Part shown: positions 17,501-24,812 of the stretch, piece by piece | Position numbering within the stretch: the first letter of the stretch is position 1 | Layout: each line of letters opens with the position of its first letter | Virus record (IMG/VR): IMGVR_UViG_3300005764_000070 | Span: 1 to 26,767 of that record | Strand: one strand, 5' to 3' | Source: a virus | Lineage: Duplodnaviria; Caudoviricetes | DNA length: 26,767 bases | Position numbers and translations under genes: made by a program | The notes under the pieces: generated by a model | What the model was told of the DNA's origin: nothing | What the model saw: only the letters and a program-made list of their open reading frames with translations | The model's database searches: none

Positions 17501-19689
17501 CGCGCCAGCCTGGCACCCTGTTCCTCGCCACCCATCGGGATCAGCAAGTTGGCGATCTGGCCGGCGACCTCGCGAGGACCGACCTGTAGCGGCCCGACCT
17601 CGAACCCGAAGTCCTCGTGGCCGGGCACGCCGGCGCGCTCGAGGCCGGCCGTGGCTGCCTCGCCTAGGTTGGGCGCGAGCTGCATCGCGAGCTGGCTCCC
17701 GGCCACGCCGGGATTGAGCTCCGCGCTAATCACGCCCTGTGGGGTCAGGTTCTCGAGCACCTGGCCGACCCTGGACTGCTCCTGCTCGCCGAGGTTACCG
17801 AGGGCGCCGCCCACCGCCTGCTTGACGCCGCCCAGCACAGGCGCCTGGTCGAAATTTTCGCCGGCCTGGCCGAGCACGTCGCGCTGCGACTGAGGCATGG
17901 CGTTCTGGCCGACGGAGTCGATGAAGTCACCGAAGGCGCTCTTGAGCCGCTCCGCCGGAGTCTGGTCCTCCACGATCGCGGGAGGGCTGGTGGATGTGGT
18001 CGTCGACGTCGAGTCCGGCAGGATCGACTCGGTCGGCGTCGCTGGCTGGAACGCGTCGTGGAAGGTCGCGCCCACGTTCGAGAAGAAGTCACCGAAACCT
18101 TGAGCAACGCCACGATCAGCGGTGCTGGTGGCCGGTACCTGCGGGTTGTCGGCAAATAGCGCACCCTGGATGCGGCCCATGCGCTGCTGCATCTGGTCGG
18201 CGGTCATCCACTCAGAGCCGCCCCTGAGGTCCAGCCCGGACTGGCCGACGTGGAACGCGCCACTCTGCGGGTCGTAGCCGTCGGCAAAGAAGTAGTGGCC
18301 AGGGGTGCTGATGGTCACCGGGTTGCCGGTCTGCGCCTCGCGGGCCATGGCGTTCACGTCCGGTCCCACTGCTCGCGTGGCCACGCCGAGTTTGTCCATC
18401 AGCGCTTTTTCGGACCCCAGCCCGGCCATGCCGCCGGCACTCGTCCAGCCCACCGTGGCAGCCAGGTCGGTGGCTTCCCTGAGCGTCGGGTTGCGGCCGT
18501 ACATCTGGGCGAAGCGCACCGCCGCGGCCGGGCCGCACGCAGCATACGCCTCGTCGTTGGAGAGCTGCGGCTGGCCGAACTGGCTGACCTGGCTGGCCGG
18601 CTGCGCGGCTGCCTGCTGCGCCCAGCCACCGGTCCTGGCCAGCAGATCCTGGGGCGTCAGGCCCGGTCCCGCGCTGAGCTCGTTGAAAGCGCTGGCGTAG
18701 TTGCGCCGAGCGGCGGAGGCAGGGTCGGTGAAACCGGCCGGCCGCTCCGCCTGGGCGGCCACCCACGAGGCCTTCTCCGCGCCGGTGAGGCCCTGCGGCG
18801 CCGACTGGTACGCCTTTGCGTACAGCGGGATGATCCTGCTCGCCTGCATCTCGGCGCCCTCGGAGCCGAGGAGCTGCGCCTCGGGGATGCCGGCGCCCAT
18901 GCCGCCCAGGTCGAACTGGAACAGGCCGCGGCCACCGCCACCCTGCTGGACGGCGTTGATGTTCCAGCCGCTCTCCGCCTTGGCTCCGGCCGCGACCGTG
19001 CGAATGAAGTCGGGATCGTTGGCGAGCTCGCCCGGCGCGTTGCGGCTGATCAACTGTCCCAGCCAGTCGGGCACGCCGGAGACGGGAGCCGACGTGCCCG
19101 CTGGTGAGGGGGGAGTGGGCAGCTGAAAGCTCGAGGCGAACTGGTCGAGGTCGGCGCCGCTGCCCTGCGCCGCCGTGAGCGCGTTGCCGACCACGTCGTG
19201 CATGCCCTGACCGGCCTGGTTGATGCTCGAGCCGAAGCTCTGGGCAAAGGCGTCGACGTCGCCGCCGGCCTGCTGCACGGCGTTCAGCCCGTTGCCGAAC
19301 ACGTCGGCGAGCCACGACGAGGACAGGCCCCCACCCCCCGGCTGTGGTGGCGTGGGTGCTGGAGGTGCTGGCGACGGTTCGGGGGGTGCCGGCGCCGCGG
19401 CCTCCGGCTGCTCCGGAGATGGCCCTGACGGAGCAGTCTCGGGCGGCGGCGTAGGCTCAGGAGGGAGCGTCGGCGGCGGCGCGGCCCAGCCGCCGATATT
19501 GGCCAGGCTCTGCTCGATGCTCGGCGGCGTGGGCGGTGGCGGGGTCGCGACGGCGCCCACGGTGGCGCTGCGATCGCCGAGCATCTGGTCCAGGCCGAAG
19601 CCGTCGATCTTCTGCTGGAGCTGCTGCTGGAGTTGCTGCTGCTGGTAGGCGTCCCAGTCCTGCTGGTCGATGTCCGGCAGCATCGTCAC
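14569..19689 (-). CDS. ~1706-aa multidomain internal virion/polyvalent protein: Pro-rich N-terminus, lysozyme-like domain, C39-like peptidase, C-terminal LPD38-like domain
   Basis: AESGWN...GRGLFQ...ERPA; SQF...ACGPAA...GHY..ADGYD; YDIPEYER...P..E..AN..FYTG.PIVP...TS.LA..LG....SP.QID.LI...LG.LG. Start is GTG 19689 (GTGA overlap) or ATG 19683, not 19743. Confidence 0.85.
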   Translation of the reverse strand: MTMLPDIDQQDWDAYQQQQLQQQLQQKIDGFGLDQMLGDRSATVGAVATPPPPTPPSIEQSLANIGGWAAPPPTLPPEPTPPPETAPSGPSPEQPEAAAPAPPEPSPAPPAPTPPQPGGGGLSSSWLADVFGNGLNAVQQAGGDVDAFAQSFGSSINQAGQGMHDVVGNALTAAQGSGADLDQFASSFQLPTPPSPAGTSAPVSGVPDWLGQLISRNAPGELANDPDFIRTVAAGAKAESGWNINAVQQGGGGRGLFQFDLGGMGAGIPEAQLLGSEGAEMQASRIIPLYAKAYQSAPQGLTGAEKASWVAAQAERPAGFTDPASAARRNYASAFNELSAGPGLTPQDLLARTGGWAQQAAAQPASQVSQFGQPQLSNDEAYAACGPAAAVRFAQMYGRNPTLREATDLAATVGWTSAGGMAGLGSEKALMDKLGVATRAVGPDVNAMAREAQTGNPVTISTPGHYFFADGYDPQSGAFHVGQSGLDLRGGSEWMTADQMQQRMGRIQGALFADNPQVPATSTADRGVAQGFGDFFSNVGATFHDAFQPATPTESILPDSTSTTTSTSPPAIVEDQTPAERLKSAFGDFIDSVGQNAMPQSQRDVLGQAGENFDQAPVLGGVKQAVGGALGNLGEQEQSRVGQVLENLTPQGVISAELNPGVAGSQLAMQLAPNLGEAATAGLERAGVPGHEDFGFEVGPLQVGPREVAGQIANLLIPMGGEEQGARLAREAAGELAGRGLGALDVLSPPEVAYAATRKPSTTGNAVRDATIKMFRDQDTQPSLPDRVAEGVANAIGLGGRTGTLDTAAADKWAQINQMSGRAREALGSAFTPEMDAESLLATYAGRGARAKLLVDDEITPALRGVREVLGQKEGDEYLNEFRKYQRDLEVANLYGGAREASGGVKTAADAQAALDSLEQEVGPKGWAALQQGDKMLNDATTRLLQARVDAGMIDPDLAQRLMTEQPHYNPTVLMKYLDEEAGGVSGGGNRLVTTDNLLRRLAGEGSEDATEQPLRSLVRHFMQSDVLNNRNGVASAILDAAMNDPTLVDAAGAPLVKRINPMQLVTGPEVAGPGGAPMSQLLGAPSNIATVLRRMSGDVPGRVSKYENGKRVYYDVSQVPGLESLMKNLEGTDPGALGKVLQALNAPLRWGATAASPSFLATNAIRDFITTFVREGGTTAKNIPRGMLSAARQDDLWRQYIQAGGGMESLYQRSPQDIDKLIADTGGLVLHDQSDLARLAMDALKLKFITRAGEVIEQGPHLAAFEQHLLAGESPAEAATSGRRATVDFQRSGDILQQLNMASLFLNARSQGLLNIGRSLRDDPIARLRLGGLAAAVAANNERNQQDPAFYDIPEYERRQNAIIMLPGSEKNANGIGYKTINRLSIPLGELSAFTDPVNWISSHADPDQSHWDPRSPQDVGLGALSTISPISGDSPSSVAGSFFPAPLRTPSELAANRRFYTGLPIVPQAYQDLPPSAQANDRTSLLARRLGEAYGVSPMQIDFLINENLGTLGRYGLGVTDAAMGKEGTSLPGAIIGGLTSGVVRNYGGQMAADKYDRLDQLMGEFQEPVVAKTVRQLPEYNDPNTTDDRKLSMMRTAQLHLRDTLRDQVGIPNSAADTGLPQKYPGVTDAQEEAHIDRAVARWNAYKADPTHAPPPTNEEVQLASLYGGIVSPVYRVSEQIQQQQNRAIDKLIEDHLAAAQGR

Positions 19690-19775
19690 GGGTTCATGCT
19701 CCGCATGGCGATGATGACGATCAACGCCACCAGCGTGCCCCACGCGACGAAGATGCGGAACTGGTCATCGCTCAC
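19686..19775 (-). CDS. 29-aa single-TM peptide
   Basis: Not in the track. MSDDQFRIFVAWGTLVALIVIIAMRSMNP, with GTGA overlaps at both ends and GC-rich third positions. Confidence 0.7.
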   Translation of the reverse strand: MSDDQFRIFVAWGTLVALIVIIAMRSMNP

Positions 19776-19891
19776 GCGAAACGCCAGGTGGGGTGGCGGC
19801 TATAACCGGGACAGCCGTCGAAGGTGGTCCAGTACAGCGGCGCTCGAGGCGACCACCACCAACTGCGGCGTTTCCAGAAGCGCGGCCTCAC
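19772..19891 (-). CDS. 39-aa Trp/Arg-rich peptide
   Basis: MRPRFWKRRSWWWSPRAPLYWTTFDGCPGYSRHPTWRFA, with GTGA overlaps at both ends. Confidence 0.6.
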   Translation of the reverse strand: MRPRFWKRRSWWWSPRAPLYWTTFDGCPGYSRHPTWRFA

Positions 19892-21123
19892 TGCAAGCGC
19901 CACGTCCCGGCCGTCGCGTTGTTGCTGCCATATTGAGGAAGCGCCTGGTTGTAGAGCGCCGTGACGTCGTCCTTGTTCCAGCCCGCAGCTTCGTACTGGC
20001 CGAGCATCAACTGTTTCTGCGACGGGGTGAAGTTGTTCCACGCCTGTGCGGAGATCTGGTTGGGGGCCGGCAGGTTGTACTGCTGCTGCTGGCCACCGTA
20101 CATGTTGGTGCCGTTGCCGGTGGCCTGCGCCTGCTGGTCCGGCGTGGCGCCCTGGCCGCCGACACCGATGCCCGAACCCCACACTTGGCCGCCCGAGGCC
20201 TGGGCCTGCGGGTTGTAGCCGGCGATCTGTTGCTGCATGGTGTACAGATCGACGGCCTGGGGCTGCACGCCGGTGGTTGCTCCGCCGCCGGGCACGTACT
20301 GGCCCATGGCCGCGGCGTACAGGTCGCGCATGCCCTGCGGGGTAGAACCCAGCACCTGCTGGTACTTGGCCCAATCGGCCGGACCTCTGAGACTGGCGAG
20401 CTGCTGCAGGTACGCGAGCGTGTTCTGTTGCGCGAGCTGACGCTGCTGCGCCTCGAACTGCTGCTGCTGGAAACCCTGACTCCATTGCTGCTGCTGGCCC
20501 TGGAGCGTCTGCGTTTTCCCGTAGTCGGGATTGGCGTTGTAGAACTGGTTGAGGCCGGCCGAGGCATCCCTGGCCCAGGACATGGCCGCCTTCTGCGGGT
20601 CGTTCTGGTTGTACTGGATGTACGTGTCCTGGGTGCCCTTGTCCTGCGCCCAGAAGTCGTTGGGGTTGACGTTGGCCTGACGTGCCGGCGTATACCAGCC
20701 GGTCAGCCCGGCCTGTTGCGCGGCGAGCGCCTGGGCCTGCTGCTGGGCCTGCTCGGTCTGGTAGCCCTGGTACGGCATCTGGCCACCGGGCGCGATGTAC
20801 TGGCCGTAGAGCTGGCTCTGGTTATAGGCCTGCTGGTACTGCTGCTGCGCGGCGGTCAGCGTCTGCTGGCCGGTGGTCGGCTCGCCGCCGGCCCCGAACC
20901 ACGTGCCGAACTGGCCGGTGAACCACTGCTCCTGGGGATTGTTCCACTGGCCGTTCCACATGCCCGTCTGGCCGGCCTCGTCCAGCTTCTGCTGCCAGCG
21001 GAACTTGGCCCACGCCAGCGCGTCGGACTGCGACTGCCCCTGCGCCAGCGCCTGGTAGTAGGCATTCTTGGCTTCGGAGTCGGCCAGGCTGGTGTCGAGA
21101 TAGTTCATCGATTCCGGATCCAT
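19888..21123 (-). CDS. 411-aa Gln/Gly/Ala/aromatic-rich protein, putative ejection (DNA-delivery) protein
   Basis: TGATG-coupled to the upstream gene. Very Q-rich with few charges and A.L.G.Y / QTL..QQQ repeats. Confidence 0.65.
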   Translation of the reverse strand: MDPESMNYLDTSLADSEAKNAYYQALAQGQSQSDALAWAKFRWQQKLDEAGQTGMWNGQWNNPQEQWFTGQFGTWFGAGGEPTTGQQTLTAAQQQYQQAYNQSQLYGQYIAPGGQMPYQGYQTEQAQQQAQALAAQQAGLTGWYTPARQANVNPNDFWAQDKGTQDTYIQYNQNDPQKAAMSWARDASAGLNQFYNANPDYGKTQTLQGQQQQWSQGFQQQQFEAQQRQLAQQNTLAYLQQLASLRGPADWAKYQQVLGSTPQGMRDLYAAAMGQYVPGGGATTGVQPQAVDLYTMQQQIAGYNPQAQASGGQVWGSGIGVGGQGATPDQQAQATGNGTNMYGGQQQQYNLPAPNQISAQAWNNFTPSQKQLMLGQYEAAGWNKDDVTALYNQALPQYGSNNATAGTWRLQ

Positions 21124-22040
21124 CAGGCCCTCCTCGGGATGTATTGCCGCTCCTGCTGCTGATGCAGGCGCAGGGCGTAGTCCGTTGCGGCCTCCGGCGA
21201 GGTGAAGATGCCGAGGTGCCGGCCGGTGTCGTAGTACTGGTCGATAGCTTGCTGGTTGGTCAGGATGCGGCCGTCATCGCTGACCGTAGGCACCAGGATC
21301 TCGCGACCGTTCTCGTCCTCGAAAGAGATCGAGCGCACCGTACTGATGCTGCCATCCGGGTTGTTCACCACCGGGCGGGTATTGAGGTCGATATTCCCAC
21401 CAGCGATCAGTCCAGGGGCGGATGGCTGGCCGCCAAGGCGCGCGGCCAGGTCAGGATCAGGCATCTGGGAGTTGGTCAGCGGCACCACCGCTTCAGGCCC
21501 TTGCTCACCGATCAGGGCCACAGTCGGCTCGGTGACGACGCCACCGGAGGCCATCGGGCGGACGCCGGGAGGTGGCATCATGGGTGGGCGTGGCGGAACG
21601 GGCATTCGCGGACCAGCTAACGGTGGCCCTGCGGCGCCTGGGCCTGGCAACGAACCGCCTGGAGGACCTGGCGGCGCGCCTGGAGGTCCTGGAGGCCCGC
21701 CTGCGGGTCCGCTCGGAGCGCGAGTCGGCCACTGGTTCGGGACTGCGATCTCAGCTGGAGTCGGAATCTTCAGCTCCGGATGCGCCCGAATGATGGCCTT
21801 GTAGACCAGCCCGAAGCCCTCCACGCCCAGCCGCTGCAACTCCTCGTTGCGTCCCTGCGCATTGGGTGAGCCGTCCGGGTTGAACAGCTTCTGGCGGTAG
21901 TACTCGACCTTCTGCGCCTCGGTGGTCTGCGCGGCGAACGGCGCCCGCGTCGGGGCGAAGGCCAGCGCGATGTCGTTGGCGGTCTGGTCGATCCACAGCG
22001 CGAGGTCGTTGGCGACCTCGTCCATCATCGTGCCGGCCAC
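21123..22040 (-). CDS. 305-aa mosaic virion-associated protein
   Basis: GGAGG upstream of GTG. Helical N-domain, Pro/Gly linker, ASGGVVTEPT.ALIGEQGPEAVVPL motif and a compact C-terminal domain. Confidence 0.75.
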   Translation of the reverse strand: MAGTMMDEVANDLALWIDQTANDIALAFAPTRAPFAAQTTEAQKVEYYRQKLFNPDGSPNAQGRNEELQRLGVEGFGLVYKAIIRAHPELKIPTPAEIAVPNQWPTRAPSGPAGGPPGPPGAPPGPPGGSLPGPGAAGPPLAGPRMPVPPRPPMMPPPGVRPMASGGVVTEPTVALIGEQGPEAVVPLTNSQMPDPDLAARLGGQPSAPGLIAGGNIDLNTRPVVNNPDGSISTVRSISFEDENGREILVPTVSDDGRILTNQQAIDQYYDTGRHLGIFTSPEAATDYALRLHQQQERQYIPRRA

Positions 22041-22042
22041 GC

Positions 22043-24181
22043 TCAGCCTCCGGGCATGGGCAGCGCCCGCGCGGGTGGGCCGGGCACCACCGGCGTGCCG
22101 GGGATGCCGCCACCTCCGCCGGGCGGCGGCGGAGCGAGGGGCAGGCCCTGGCCGGGGCTGGGCACCGGGTTAGGCGGCATGCCGCCGGGTCCGGGCATGG
22201 GCGGCGCACCCGGCGTCCCGCCTTGGACACCCGCAGCTCCGGGAGGGGGCATGCCGGGTGGCGGGGCGCCGGGCATCTGCTGGGGCAGGCCGAGCGCTTC
22301 CATGCGCGCGGAGCGGATGGTGGCGATCTTCTGGAAGATGGCGTTCTTGAGCTCCTGCTGGATCTCCTGGCTATTCTTCAAATCGTGCAGCAGCCAGCTC
22401 TTTTCGACCTCGTCGGGGTTGGCTCCGGCGCGCTCGACCGCGTCCTCGTAGGTGATGAGCTTGAGCTGCATCTTCTCACCGATGGCGCGCGTCTCGATGA
22501 TTTCGTTCGAGGGTGTGGAGGGTGCGAGCTTCACTTCGTAGCGGTGGACGCCTTTCAAGTCATCGGGACCGATGCCGAGCCAGGTGGCTTTACTCTGGCC
22601 ACCAATCGTTTTCTTGCCCTTCTTGGCTTCGATCTCGCCCCAGGCGTAGACCTTCTCCGAGATCCTGTTCTGGATCAGCCACGACTCGAAACCGATGCGC
22701 TCGCCGAGTGCGACCTCTGCATTTGAGACGATCGGGTCCCACCCCAATCTGGCCAGATACGCGGCCTGGTTCAGCGCGTAGCCCGACTGGTCGGAGGCGA
22801 CCATGCCCTGCACGACGCTGGGCAGCGCCCACTCGAGCATGTCCTTGATGTTGCCCAGGATCTTGTCGGCGTCCACGCCCGACTTCGGCTGGTCGATGGG
22901 AGAAACGTCGAACGGGAACAGCTTGCCCGGCTCGATGGTCTGCGCCCCGCTGGCCTGCTCTCTGGCGTCGGTGCCGTAGGGCATCGCCGGCAGCCCGGGG
23001 ATGACGCCCGGCGGGGTGGTCTTCTTGAACGCCGGGTAGGCAGTCATGTACGCCGCCTGCCCCTGCATCGTCAGCAAGCTATCTAATAAAGGAAAGAGCC
23101 TGAGGAAGCCGAACAGGATGCTCAGGCCGGCCCGTTCGGGCAGACGGCTCGCGGTGGTGATGCCCAGCGCGTGGAAGTAGGGTCCTTTTAACGTTTTCAG
23201 GACGGGGTCGCCGTAGGGATGCTTGAGCACCCTGCACAGCGTCGCCTCGCCCAGGCTGCCCTGGCCCTTCGAACGCTGGCCCGGTCCACTGAGCAGGATG
23301 ATCTGACGCTGCCAGTCCCAGGCCTCGACACAGCGGATCGTCTCGGTCGTGCCACTCTGGCGTCCACCGTGCAGCATGCCGCTCCACTCCGCCCGGGCCA
23401 GCTCCGCGGCGGCCGGGTCGAGGTCGCCCCACGTCTTGGGGCTGACCACCTCGCCGTTCGAGTTCAGCCCGGTGTGGAAGCGCTCGAGCGCCTCGAGGTA
23501 CGGCAATTCCTTGATCTCGACGGCGCTCGTCAGGCCGTTCTCGTTCTTGGTGTAGTAGAAGGTTTCGGGCGGCACGTCGGTGGAGGCGATGGGGTACGGC
23601 AGGCCGAGCTTGAAGTCCTCCGTCGCGTGGTCGTACATGCGATCTTTGGCGTCCTGGTCGAGCTCGTGCTCGGCGTCCTGGGCAGCCTGCAGCGCTTCCT
23701 GCTTGGAGTCGTAGGTCGACCAGGCGGCTCTGGTGCGTTCGACGGTCTTGATGATGCCCTCGCCCTTGACGGCCAGGCTCCACATGAACAAGCGCAGCAA
23801 TTGCCGCCGCGCTTCCTGCTCCTGTCTGGTCCACGACGCCTCGAAGAAGTGCTCCCTGAGCGTCGAGTTGCTCTGGTACACGTCGCCGAAACCGATCGGC
23901 TTGAAGACGATGGACATCGGGTTGACCGACAGCGCCGCGGTCACCGTGGTGGCGATGTGCAGCGCCAGCGGCGATCTGACCTCGATCGCCGTCTTGCGGT
24001 ACGCCTCCGGGATATCCACGGGCAGCTCGCCGAAGAGCACCGCGTCGATATCCCTGTACAACTCGTCGCGATCGGAGAACTGGCGCTGCAGATCCTGGGC
24101 CAGCTCCAGCGTGGCGCGCTCCATGGCCTCCTCGTCGGACGACTTCGTCGTCTTGAACCAGGACGAGGGCGGGCGCGTCAC
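22043..24181 (-). CDS. Portal protein with a Pro/Gly/Met-rich C-terminal tail
   Basis: Size, position after the terminase, helical character, and QG...SDQSGYALNQ resembling the portal tunnel-loop region. Called from synteny and general pattern. Confidence 0.8.
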   Translation of the reverse strand: MTRPPSSWFKTTKSSDEEAMERATLELAQDLQRQFSDRDELYRDIDAVLFGELPVDIPEAYRKTAIEVRSPLALHIATTVTAALSVNPMSIVFKPIGFGDVYQSNSTLREHFFEASWTRQEQEARRQLLRLFMWSLAVKGEGIIKTVERTRAAWSTYDSKQEALQAAQDAEHELDQDAKDRMYDHATEDFKLGLPYPIASTDVPPETFYYTKNENGLTSAVEIKELPYLEALERFHTGLNSNGEVVSPKTWGDLDPAAAELARAEWSGMLHGGRQSGTTETIRCVEAWDWQRQIILLSGPGQRSKGQGSLGEATLCRVLKHPYGDPVLKTLKGPYFHALGITTASRLPERAGLSILFGFLRLFPLLDSLLTMQGQAAYMTAYPAFKKTTPPGVIPGLPAMPYGTDAREQASGAQTIEPGKLFPFDVSPIDQPKSGVDADKILGNIKDMLEWALPSVVQGMVASDQSGYALNQAAYLARLGWDPIVSNAEVALGERIGFESWLIQNRISEKVYAWGEIEAKKGKKTIGGQSKATWLGIGPDDLKGVHRYEVKLAPSTPSNEIIETRAIGEKMQLKLITYEDAVERAGANPDEVEKSWLLHDLKNSQEIQQELKNAIFQKIATIRSARMEALGLPQQMPGAPPPGMPPPGAAGVQGGTPGAPPMPGPGGMPPNPVPSPGQGLPLAPPPPGGGGGIPGTPVVPGPPARALPMPGG

Positions 24182-24264
24182 GCGCGATCGCTCCGGTTCT
24201 CGGGCACGGGCGTCGTGGCGGGGATCTTCTTAATAGGTAAGCAGCGCGCCGGCCGCTCGGCCAT
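24178..24264 (-). CDS. 28-aa bridging peptide
   Basis: MAERPARCLPIKKIPATTPVPENRSDRA, with a TGATG overlap upstream and a GTGA overlap with the portal start. Confidence 0.5.
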   Translation of the reverse strand: MAERPARCLPIKKIPATTPVPENRSDRA

Positions 24265-24812
24265 CAGCGCTTCTGCTCCGTGACGTAGAACGTGCTCGGC
24301 AGGCCGTCCAGGATCTGGCTGCCGGCGGGTCCGTGCAGGCCCAGGCCGAGTCGGCCGCTGCCGGGACCCGGCGGCTGGTAGTAGTAGATGCCGACGGCCA
24401 TCATGCCGAAGTCGGCCTCCGGCGCGTCGATGGCGCCCAGTGCCTGGCCGATGAGCGCACCGTTGATGGTCACGCCCCACATCAGGTGCTGGCCTTTGGT
24501 GGCGCACGACAGCGGCACGTTGAACTCGATGCGGATCGGTGCGCCGCTGAGCGACAGCGTGACCTGGATCGGACTCTCGAGCCACGTGTAGGCCTGCGGC
24601 AGGGTCCAGGCGACGAAGTCGACGAAGCTGCCGACGAGCGCCTGGGCGGCTTGCGGCGCGAGCTCGTTGGTGGTGATCGAGCCGGCCGGGAAGCTGACGG
24701 AGCGCGTCACGGTCAGGTCGCCGTCGATGACGAACACGCCGGTGTGGGTGCGCAGCCCGTCGGTGTGCAGCTCCGAGCCGGTCGACGCCGGCTCCCAGCC
24801 GACGTTGATCAC
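24264..24812 (-). CDS. 182-aa beta-rich protein resembling a short fibre/spike tip
   Basis: IDGDLTVT and GSITTNELA fibre-like motifs followed by an all-beta pattern. The GTG directly abuts the terminase TAA. Confidence 0.65.
   Translation of the reverse strand: MINVGWEPASTGSELHTDGLRTHTGVFVIDGDLTVTRSVSFPAGSITTNELAPQAAQALVGSFVDFVAWTLPQAYTWLESPIQVTLSLSGAPIRIEFNVPLSCATKGQHLMWGVTINGALIGQALGAIDAPEADFGMMAVGIYYYQPPGPGSGRLGLGLHGPAGSQILDGLPSTFYVTEQKR

Noticed and set aside
14569-19743. Calling the giant ORF a tape measure protein
   Set aside because: There are no adjacent tail tube or tail-assembly chaperone genes and no periodic aromatic repeats. Its LPD38-like end and its position before the scaffold fit an internal protein better.
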